Of a stretch of 24,000 bases of DNA, positions 6,612 through 13,852 are shown piece by piece (position 1 is the first letter of the stretch; every line of letters starts with the position of its first letter). The notes below the pieces were generated by a model that saw nothing but the letters and a program-made list of their open reading frames with translations, was not told where the DNA came from and searched no databases. Source of the DNA: an uncultured Candidatus Bathyarchaeia archaeon (GTDB lineage: Archaea > Thermoproteota > Bathyarchaeia > Bathyarchaeales > Bathyarchaeaceae); contig CAZZLD010000005.1 of NCBI GenBank assembly GCA_964655075.1, forward strand, positions 117,741 to 141,740, written 5' to 3'. The translations under genes were made by a program, and so were the position numbers.

Positions 6612-7514
6612 ATGAGCACCCTTCGTGAGACTCTAAAGAAGTGGCGACATGCCGGAAAAACCGTAGCTGAGGTCAGAGAAAAAGCGAGAGAAGTTGTTTA
6701 TGAGGGCATGCCCATTATTGACCTCTGCGAAAAGGTAGAGGCTCTAATTCGGGAAAAAGGCTGTAAACCCGCTTTTCCTTGCAACGTTTCCGTTAACGAA
6801 ATCACTGCGCATTACAGTTCTCCTCCGCGGGACAAGCGAACCATTCCAGAGGGAGCCTTAGTGAAGATAGACCTCGGTGCTCACGTGGACGGGTACATTG
6901 CTGACTCGGCGGTAACCGTGTGCTTCAATCCTGAATATGAAAACCTCGTTTACGCGGCGAACAAGGCCCTCGAAAAGGCGACTGATATCCTCCGTCCAGG
7001 GTTATCTATGTCGCAGTTCGGTTCAATCATCCAGAGTACAATAGAGAGCTACGGGTTAAAACCCGTCTCGAACCTCACAGGCCACCAGATTGGACGCTAT
7101 CTGATCCACACGGGAAAGTCACTGCCAAACGTGTCCCATCTTTCTTTAGATAAGATAAACGCAGGGGAGGTTTACGGTGTTGAGCCCTTCGTGACAGTTC
7201 CTGACGCTGCGGGAAAAGTTAAGGGCGTTTCCGAAGCTTTCATCTTCCGTTTTGTAAAGCACAAAACCTTAAGGAACCCCCTTTCCAAACGGCTTCTGAA
7301 TTACATTAGTAAAAATTTCCGTACGTTGCCTTTTAGTGAACGTTGGCTCCAAGGATTGATGTCGCGGGACAATTACAGAATCGCGTTCTCAGAACTTCTC
7401 TCGACGAGAAGCTTAATGGCTTACCCTGTGTTTGTAGAAACTAGTGGAAAACCCGTAGCGCAAGCGGAACACACAGTTTTGATAACAGAAGACGGTTGCA
7501 CTATACTGACCTAA
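6612..7514 (+). CDS. map: Methionine aminopeptidase, type 2 (archaeal)
   Basis: 'FPCNVSVNEITAHYSP', 'DLGAHVDGYIADSAVTV', 'TGHQIGRY.IH.GKS.P' and 'AQAEHTVLIT' match the MetAP2 metal-ligand blocks. Length is 300 aa. Confidence 0.95.
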   Translation: MSTLRETLKKWRHAGKTVAEVREKAREVVYEGMPIIDLCEKVEALIREKGCKPAFPCNVSVNEITAHYSSPPRDKRTIPEGALVKIDLGAHVDGYIADSAVTVCFNPEYENLVYAANKALEKATDILRPGLSMSQFGSIIQSTIESYGLKPVSNLTGHQIGRYLIHTGKSLPNVSHLSLDKINAGEVYGVEPFVTVPDAAGKVKGVSEAFIFRFVKHKTLRNPLSKRLLNYISKNFRTLPFSERWLQGLMSRDNYRIAFSELLSTRSLMAYPVFVETSGKPVAQAEHTVLITEDGCTILT

Positions 7515-7608
7515 AGCCGCTTATTTTTTCATTGGAGCAGGAAAACTGTAGGTTATATGAGTCAGCTTTATATTGTAAAACCGATAATTATCAAGCTGTG
7601 AATGACAG

Positions 7609-7785
7609 ATGAGAACTGCAGCAGTAAAAAGACCTTGGAAAACAGTGCAGTTGCCAGGAGACCTGATTAGACAAGTAGACAAAATCGCAGCAACCCCCGG
7701 ATTAGGATACACGTCTAGAAGCGAATTCATCAAAGAAGCCATACGCCTAAGAATCAAAGAACTCGAAGCCAAAAAAACTAGATGA
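7609..7785 (+). CDS. Ribbon-helix-helix (CopG/Arc-type) DNA-binding protein, 58 aa
   Basis: MRTAAVKRPWKTVQLPGDLIRQVDKIAATPGLGYTSRSEFIKEAIRLRIKELEAKKTR has a beta-strand 'VQLPGDL' followed by two helices with 'SRSEFIKEAIR', the classic RHH pattern. A TATA-like TTTATATT sits about 35 nt upstream. Not in the ORF track; it lies under antisense ORF 7521..7805. Confidence 0.75.
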   Translation: MRTAAVKRPWKTVQLPGDLIRQVDKIAATPGLGYTSRSEFIKEAIRLRIKELEAKKTR

Positions 7786-7879
7786 CCTTTAGGCGGACAT
7801 CTCAATTTTTGGCTCCTTTAACATATTTAGGATTATCTTCTATTCTTGTTCCATAAATCCTGCGAATCTTTTGAGGGGT

Positions 7880-8299
7880 TTAAGTTTCGCTTTTTTCCTC
7901 TTTCTTAACTTCGCGGTAGATGGAGTCAATTATCATTTTCTCGTTGCATTTTGGGCATGTTTCACTATCTTGGAGAATATAGTCGCCGCGCTGAAATTCT
8001 CGGATATTTTTGAAGCCGCATTTTTGACATAGAACCTCGGTAAGTACTTTTTGAGGTTTTAAGATCAGTTGTGGAGCCGTCTTTCGCGTCTGAATTAACA
8101 AGGAGAAACCGTATGTTGAAACAACCAAACCTACGATGCCTATCACCGCCAACCAAAGCCCATTAACTAAGCCGCTGCCGCTCATGAACGCCTCAAATGC
8201 AAAATAGAGAAAGACAAGCGACACCAGGAGGATTACGGAGATTACCGTAAATAAGATTAGAGGACCTTTCTTCGTTTGAGAACTCTTTTCTTCACTCAC
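7880..8299 (-). CDS. Membrane protein (2 TM) with a C-terminal zinc ribbon
   Basis: Two hydrophobic helices (LILFTVISVILLVSLVFLYFAF; LWLAVIGIVGLVVSTYGFSLLI) are followed by 'CQKCGF...CPKCNEKM'. The gene starts 10 nt downstream of the preceding gene. Confidence 0.75.
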   Translation of the reverse strand: MSEEKSSQTKKGPLILFTVISVILLVSLVFLYFAFEAFMSGSGLVNGLWLAVIGIVGLVVSTYGFSLLIQTRKTAPQLILKPQKVLTEVLCQKCGFKNIREFQRGDYILQDSETCPKCNEKMIIDSIYREVKKEEKSET

Positions 8300-8309
8300 T
8301 TTCTTTCAC

Positions 8310-9431
8310 CTACTGTCCAATCCCGATGGTGTTCCCTATTCCAGCTATTATGACTGAATCACCCTTCTTTGTTCGCTCAAGAATCAACCGCTTAATCCGT
8401 TCAATGACTTTGTCAGCAGCATCAATTACTTCCTTCCGCATCGTGGAAACCGCGTCTCCGAGGCTTTCCTTGATTATCACCGCGTTCATAGGAATCTTAT
8501 GCTTAAGCAACGCTTCGTCAGCTTTATATTTCTCGACCCCTGGCCCACCGATGGCCACGCCCACACCCTCAGCGACTTCTCCGGGCTGCTCCCCTTCAAA
8601 CTTCTGAGCGGCATCTATAATGATTATCGTGGCAATCTTTCCGTCGTTTTCCTCTACGATCCGTTTTATGCCTTCCCCGGGCTTACCCACGTTTCCGCCT
8701 GGGCCCTCTGCCTTTAGAACGTAGGCTGTTCGCCCTTCTATGGGCACCTTAGCCATGACAGTGTCCGTGGCTATCGTGCTTTTTTTATGTCCGTGCATTA
8801 ACCTCGCTGCGACAAGCGCTCCTGCACCATCGCCTATAGGTTGACCGTTAGTAAAGGCCCTCAGCGCGTCAGCGTAAGCTTTCGCTTCTTGCATAAGGAT
8901 GGGCAGCGCCATTTGAACCTGCATTATAACGTAGAGGCTCATGGTTTTTTTGCCGAGTAGATAAAAGTGTCTTATGACTTTGTAGATTATGTTCAAGGCG
9001 AGAGCCGCCTCAAGCATGTTCTCCAAGTTGTTTATTTGAGCTTCACTTGCCTCTGGGGCCATACGTTTTATTTCATCCTTAAAACGGAGATCGCGAACAT
9101 CCAGTACATGTTCAAGCTTCCAGACGACGCCTGAGGGATCCATGCTCTCAGGCGGATAGGCAACATATTCCAAAAACTCGTCCACTCTACTCGTGGGATC
9201 TTCTTTGGACTTTCCTATCTCTTTCATGGTGTCTATGGCGACTTTCCGCCCTTCATCCCTCATCTGTTTGAAGCGACCTAGAAAATTCCCCACTTCCCTC
9301 AACATGTTCCACACCTGAATGCGTTGACTGTAAAACATCATGAACACAAAGACCCCGAGCCAAAGTATCTGAAAAATGATTCCGAAAATGTTGTTTTCAC
9401 CGAAAAGTCCCTGCGAGACCCCTTGGATCAC
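8310..9431 (-). CDS. Conserved archaeal membrane-anchored protein, DUF1512-like (family name from memory)
   Basis: 373 aa with an N-terminal TM (IFGIIFQILWLGVFVFMMFY) and a large soluble domain with Gly-rich segments. The GTG start is preceded by GGTGAT. Size and architecture fit DUF1512, but this is not verified. Confidence 0.7.
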   Translation of the reverse strand: MIQGVSQGLFGENNIFGIIFQILWLGVFVFMMFYSQRIQVWNMLREVGNFLGRFKQMRDEGRKVAIDTMKEIGKSKEDPTSRVDEFLEYVAYPPESMDPSGVVWKLEHVLDVRDLRFKDEIKRMAPEASEAQINNLENMLEAALALNIIYKVIRHFYLLGKKTMSLYVIMQVQMALPILMQEAKAYADALRAFTNGQPIGDGAGALVAARLMHGHKKSTIATDTVMAKVPIEGRTAYVLKAEGPGGNVGKPGEGIKRIVEENDGKIATIIIIDAAQKFEGEQPGEVAEGVGVAIGGPGVEKYKADEALLKHKIPMNAVIIKESLGDAVSTMRKEVIDAADKVIERIKRLILERTKKGDSVIIAGIGNTIGIGQ

Positions 9432-9574
9432 TGATTAATCACCTTTTTCAGGAAAAATACACGCGGTTAGTAATAAACTTTGAGATAAAACGGGTAATAA
9501 CAACTGATTTTTACGTCTATCCAACTGCGACAACGAATTATATATCGATAACCTTTCTAACCGCTTTGAACTGT

Positions 9575-10123
9575 TCAGGAGCCTCGTTTTGTATTTTCAT
9601 AAATGTAGGAACACAGGAGTTTCCACCATTCAGTAAGCCTTTGTGCCTCTTCAATCCATCTGCTGGTTATCTCCGGAGAAGCTTTCGTCTCTTTTGCTAA
9701 TTCTTTTGCTGACGCTTTAGCGAGATCCTCAATTGTATTTATTCCTAAGGCTTTGAGTTGTTTTTCCCTTGCGGGTTCAATGCCTTCAACTTCTGCCAGT
9801 TCAAGGGGAAGCTGGGCTGTGGTAGCGGGTTGAGAAAGGGAGAAGCGGGTCACCATCGCTTTTGACTCTTTCGTTTTCATATCCTGTCTCATCATGTAAA
9901 GACCTATTAGTATTAAGACTACGCACCCAGCGATTGGGGCGGCGAGGAGGCTGAGTTTAATTGGAGCAGGAGTGATCCAGAAATTCCAGAGGCCGGGCAA
10001 CGTTTTCGGGGGCTCTATTGAGATTAGGCAGAATATGCCGAGGAGCGTCGAAGCCGCTAGGCTGAGGGTGATTAAGCCGCCCCAGAAGACAGAGGTTTTT
10101 TCGCCTTCAAACATCTTGAACAC
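9575..10123 (-). CDS. Membrane protein (2 TM) with a C-terminal helix-hairpin-helix (DUF4332-like) domain
   Basis: Two TM helices are followed by 'VEGIEPAREKQLKALGINTIEDLAKASAKELAKETKASPEITSRWIEEAQRL', which is HhH/DUF4332-like. GTG at 10123; ATG at 10114 is an alternative start. Confidence 0.75.
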   Translation of the reverse strand: MFKMFEGEKTSVFWGGLITLSLAASTLLGIFCLISIEPPKTLPGLWNFWITPAPIKLSLLAAPIAGCVVLILIGLYMMRQDMKTKESKAMVTRFSLSQPATTAQLPLELAEVEGIEPAREKQLKALGINTIEDLAKASAKELAKETKASPEITSRWIEEAQRLTEWWKLLCSYIYENTKRGS

Positions 10124-10455
10124 GACTGTGGCTCCACTCTGTTTTTATTCGTTAAGTTAATAAATATACTCACTATTTTCGGCAGTTACTCGAATGGATG
10201 TGAAAAAAAGGTTTTGGTTAATAAATTTATCAGTTATGAACATGGGAAGATGTTTGGGTGCCATTTATTCCAATCTTTTCTTATGGCATGTGAACTATTT
10301 TTGGTAATGAGTATATGCAGGTTGATAAGCCAAGTCCGCTGTTTTCGCTGATTTTGCTCAACTAGCCGCGTGTCATTCTTCATCCCCCTTCAGCATAGAG
10401 TGGACGAGAACCCTCAGAGCCTTGAACACCTCTATGTTAGGGAACTACACGAGGA

Positions 10456-11121
10456 TTAGATTGGAAGTTTTGGTACTACGATCTTTTGTTCCTTGGGTAA
10501 ACTCTCTTTTGTGACTATAATGCTTGGACCTTTAGTTTTGTCAATGTTCTTCTTACCTTTCAGAAACTCGTCAAGGGCTATAGGCATCGACTTTGATAAC
10601 CATGGTGATGCCCCTGAGAGCCCTGTGTTGTAATGCATCGGTATAATGATTTTCGGATCTAGCTTGTTGATAACCGACCATGCTACATCAGGCCCTATAG
10701 TGGCTCCTCCCGCAACTGGCGTGAACACCACATCTACCTTGCCTACGTCCTTCGCCTGTTCTACAGTTAGGTCGTGGCCTAGGTCTCCTAGGTGACACAA
10801 CCTAAGGCCGTCAACCTCTACAACATAGACGCTGTTTTTACCCCTTTGACTGCCGCCAACGGCATCGTGTAGGGTCGCTACCCCCTTCACGAGTATGCCA
10901 TTGACCTCCTTTGCACCTACGAACCCTTCTAAGACGACCCCTCCTTCCTTAAGGACTGGTTTCGAGTTGTTGTGGTCTACGTGGCTGTGGCTACACAGGA
11001 CGACGTCAGCCTTTGCCTTCGGCTCAGGCAGACCGATTCCTCCAAAGGGGTCGAACACAATTGTGGCATTCCGGCCCTTTACTTCAAAGCAAGCGTGTCC
11101 ATGCCATATGATCTTAACCAA
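10456..11121 (-). CDS. MBL-fold metal-dependent hydrolase (UPF0173-like)
   Basis: 'IIWHGHACFEVKG...IVFDPF...DVVLCSHSHVDHNN' contains the HxHxDH metallo-beta-lactamase motif. Length is about 220 aa. Confidence 0.9.
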   Translation of the reverse strand: MVKIIWHGHACFEVKGRNATIVFDPFGGIGLPEPKAKADVVLCSHSHVDHNNSKPVLKEGGVVLEGFVGAKEVNGILVKGVATLHDAVGGSQRGKNSVYVVEVDGLRLCHLGDLGHDLTVEQAKDVGKVDVVFTPVAGGATIGPDVAWSVINKLDPKIIIPMHYNTGLSGASPWLSKSMPIALDEFLKGKKNIDKTKGPSIIVTKESLPKEQKIVVPKLPI

Positions 11122-11375
11122 CGTTCATATCTCCTTTTCAAACATTCTAGGCACAATTGGACAGAACCTTTTAATAACTTTAAGGATGTGCAAGCCTCTA
11201 CAAAACGGATATCTAGGAACCGATGAAAGCCCTCTTCAGGATTGATTGGGAGGACTGGGCATAAGAGCATATTGATAACTCTAGGGGGCGCAAGCGCACG
11301 CCCAACCACCCGCAGAGAATCGGATGCTTACATTATAAAACGCTCGGGAAAGGTTTTTGAGATTCTTATTCCGCT

Positions 11376-12668
11376 TTATCCAGGTCTGTATCTCAAGAGA
11401 GCGGCAAAGCCTCCCAGAGCTGTGAGCTTTGCTTTTTCTTCCGACTCTGTACGTATCACTTCGACCTTTGCGGCTGTCTGTGAAGCCACATCCTCTAAAA
11501 CGTCTATTATGTCCTTCTCCTCCACCTCGTATTCAACTGCGTTGCACTTCTCGCATGGGCTTGATATCATTTCTTGTATAGTTTGAACCTTCTTCTCCTT
11601 ATTCACTATCTTTGCCCTTGATAGTTCGCATCTTTTGCACATTGCAACAATTTCAATCATGTCCGTACTATCTGTTACTAGCGCAACTTCCACTTCACCG
11701 TTCTTAAGCGCGTTCAACACCGAATCTAAGCCGCAAATGGCCAAACCGTCTTGCTTGCCCATATCTGCCAGAAGGCGCTGCACGGTCCTCTTCTCCTCTG
11801 GCACACCCATATTCTTCAGTGCCTCAGATGATTTGCTAAGCACTTCTCTCACCCCTTCTCTGCCGGCGGATTGCGTATCAACTCTGCTCAGCAGCATATT
11901 CTTTAGCTCATAATGAAGGTAATCGCCCTTTAAGAAATCCTCTTTCGTTGGGCCCGGTCCTCCAACTATCAACGCCGTAACTTTATGGTTCTCGAGAAAT
12001 GCCTTTGTTGCATGCTCCGCAACCCTGTGGAAAAAGTATGTAAGTTCCATGTCACGTTCTCTTTCGTACCTTCTTTGGCTCTCCCCGCCCTTTCCAGACT
12101 TTCCTGGAATCCCCGACGTGATATTTTCGATTAATTCGAGGCGTTCACCATCGAGTATCCCAAAGCTAGCCTCCTTTGAATCCATGGCGACAAGCCCCAC
12201 AACTCTTTCGTCTCTCAGCATTTCCCTTAGCGGCTCTAACCGGAAATGGTCGTCAACCTCGTAAAGATAGGCGGTAATCGGCTCTGGTGGGACGAGCTCT
12301 TCGACGTTCAAAACTTCGCTTTCCGAATCGTTCGCGACGAAAGTTCCAGCAAATATCGCGAGCCCATTCTCTGGAATTTCCTTCTGCAGCTTTAGACGCT
12401 GGATTACATTCTTGAGGGCGTCTTGAAGGCGATCCCTAACGCTCTCAGATTTCATGACAGCAGAATCAGACTCCTCCTTGAGGATTGCGACTATCTCATC
12501 TATTGATTTCTCCCGAGGTATGTAGAGCGAGATGAACTCCATTCCCCTTCCCTCTTTGTCTGCTAGCCACGCTATGAGCTTCCTCAGTTTGTACTGTTTC
12601 ACGGAATTAGTGGTTGCCATCTGACATCCGTGAAAATGCATTACTTTTTCAGTAACCAAATTTGACAC
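11376..12668 (-). CDS. aRF1/eRF1-family protein with non-canonical NIKS, YxCxxxF and GGQ motifs (aRF1-like paralog, probably release-inactive)
   Basis: The full three-domain aRF1 layout aligns by eye to archaeal aRF1: 'GRGMEFISLYIP', 'LEPL', 'GIPGKSGKGGESQRRYERER', 'LIVGGPG.TKEDF', a CxxC..CxxC minidomain and 'GGFAALLRY'. The motif positions read SAVMKS, YEVDDHF and GGE. GTG at 12668; ATG at 12620 is an alternative start. Confidence 0.85.
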   Translation of the reverse strand: MSNLVTEKVMHFHGCQMATTNSVKQYKLRKLIAWLADKEGRGMEFISLYIPREKSIDEIVAILKEESDSAVMKSESVRDRLQDALKNVIQRLKLQKEIPENGLAIFAGTFVANDSESEVLNVEELVPPEPITAYLYEVDDHFRLEPLREMLRDERVVGLVAMDSKEASFGILDGERLELIENITSGIPGKSGKGGESQRRYERERDMELTYFFHRVAEHATKAFLENHKVTALIVGGPGPTKEDFLKGDYLHYELKNMLLSRVDTQSAGREGVREVLSKSSEALKNMGVPEEKRTVQRLLADMGKQDGLAICGLDSVLNALKNGEVEVALVTDSTDMIEIVAMCKRCELSRAKIVNKEKKVQTIQEMISSPCEKCNAVEYEVEEKDIIDVLEDVASQTAAKVEVIRTESEEKAKLTALGGFAALLRYRPG

Positions 12669-12689
12669 CTTAACATTCAGTTACAGCAG

Positions 12690-12707
12690 AAGCTAATTTA
12701 TTAGCTT
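12690..12707. promoter_or_regulatory. Perfect 8-bp-arm palindrome AAGCTAAT-TT-ATTAGCTT in a divergent promoter region
   Basis: Read directly from the sequence. It lies 22-39 nt upstream of the aRF1-like GTG. The GCTAAT/ATTAGC half-site recurs as an inverted pair at 12756-12761 / 12773-12778. Confidence 0.3.
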
Positions 12708-12873
12708 TCTTGATGCCCTGAGAATACTTTGTTTCTTCTGCCACGGGTTTTAAGTGCTAATCAAATTTCATAATTAGCTCTGGTTTAAACAAGTTTAATG
12801 AATGTTTAACATACATTTAAATAAATTGTGGTGAACGAAACATTCAAACAACGCAAAGGTAAGGGAGACATAA

Positions 12874-13158
12874 ATGAGGGTTAAAGTGAAGTATTTTACG
12901 GTTCTCAGGGAGATAACCAAAAAGAGAGAAGAAGAAATTGAGTTGCCCGAGGCGGCTACTGTTGAGGGACTGTTAAATCTTCTTTCTGAAAGGCACGGCC
13001 GCAAATTTACAGAGTATGTGTACGGCGAAGTGGAGAGGGCGCGGTCCCATCTTCAGTTCCTAGTCAACGGCAGAAACACAACAACCATGCAGGGCTTCAA
13101 AACAAAACTGAAAAACGGCGACGAAGTAGCGATTCTACCCCCAGTAGGCGGAGGGTAA
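12874..13158 (+). CDS. MoaD/ThiS-family ubiquitin-like small protein (SAMP-like), C-terminal GGG
   Basis: 'MRVKVKYFTVLREI...IELPE.ATVEGLL..L...H.....' and 'VNGRN......TKLKNGDEVAILPPVGGG*' fit a beta-grasp MoaD pattern with an exposed C-terminal Gly-Gly. Confidence 0.85.
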   Translation: MRVKVKYFTVLREITKKREEEIELPEAATVEGLLNLLSERHGRKFTEYVYGEVERARSHLQFLVNGRNTTTMQGFKTKLKNGDEVAILPPVGGG

Positions 13159-13180
13159 ACAAGCGCGCTTAGGGGGAGGA

Positions 13181-13843
13181 TTGTTCATAATTTGTGGAAC
13201 ATGGGAAAAGTACTACGAAACGTTGAGGCAGATACCAGATAGATGGAAGCAGCTGGTTCCCTTCGTCGTTGAGGCACTACCTACGTTCAAGCGTTACAAG
13301 TTTAATCACATGCTTGATTTGGGATGTGGTGCGGGCAGGCATTGTATCTATCTGGCGAAAAACGGGTTTAATGTTATTGGGGTTGACATTTCTAAAAGTG
13401 CATTAGAACTAGCAAAGGACTGGGGCAAGAACGAGAAGCTAGCAAACGTAAGTTTCATGCGAGCAACGATGACAGATCTTCCATTTCGTAAGCGTCAGTT
13501 CAATGCGGTGATCAGTGTCAGCGTCATACACCATGCCATGATGAAGAACATCATTAAGACTGTAGACGAAATTTATAGAGTCCTCGAGAAAAATGGGCTA
13601 TTTCTTGCAAATCTTACTTCAGTGGAGGATTATAGATACGGCGGAGGTCAGAAAGTGGAAGGGGGTACTTTTAGAATTTTGGACCATTTTGAAGAAGAAT
13701 CCGTTGAAGAGTTGCATCATTTCTTCACAAAGCAGGAGGTTTCTAAACTATTGGCTCGTTTCACTGAAGCAGAAGTAAAACCCCTTGTTGTAGGTAAAAA
13801 AGATCAACTCCATCACTGGTGGAAAATAACAGCGGTCAAGTAG
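13181..13843 (+). CDS. Class I SAM-dependent methyltransferase
   Basis: Motif I 'MLDLGCGAGRHCIYLAKNGFNVIGVDIS' and post-I/II blocks ('FNAVISVSVIHH', 'VLEKNGLF'). The TTG start directly follows GGGGGAGGA, so the start is uncertain. Confidence 0.85.
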   Translation: MFIICGTWEKYYETLRQIPDRWKQLVPFVVEALPTFKRYKFNHMLDLGCGAGRHCIYLAKNGFNVIGVDISKSALELAKDWGKNEKLANVSFMRATMTDLPFRKRQFNAVISVSVIHHAMMKNIIKTVDEIYRVLEKNGLFLANLTSVEDYRYGGGQKVEGGTFRILDHFEEESVEELHHFFTKQEVSKLLARFTEAEVKPLVVGKKDQLHHWWKITAVK

Positions 13844-13852
13844 CGTGCGCTC

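Noticed and set aside
7521-7805. 94-aa minus-strand ORF
   Set aside because: The plus strand encodes a textbook RHH protein at 7609..7785. The minus-strand product has no motif.
10156-10226. Two copies of GTTAATAAAT (10156-10165 and 10217-10226) in the 332-nt intergenic region, plus tiny ORFs of 18-49 aa
   Set aside because: A 10-nt AT-rich duplicate in AT-rich spacer is weak evidence. The first copy sits where a TATA box for the 9575..10123 gene is expected. The small ORFs lack properly spaced SDs and recognisable sequence.
11242-11586. 114-aa plus-strand ORF, and a GC-rich hairpin GGGCG-N8-CGCCC at 11286-11303
   Set aside because: The ORF is largely antisense to the aRF1-like gene and has no motif. 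The 5-bp hairpin has no adjoining T-run, and I could not fit a tRNA or other RNA family to the surrounding sequence.
12795-13004. 69-aa minus-strand ORF overlapping the moaD-like start
   Set aside because: It is antisense to a clear MoaD/ThiS-like frame and runs into AT-rich promoter DNA.
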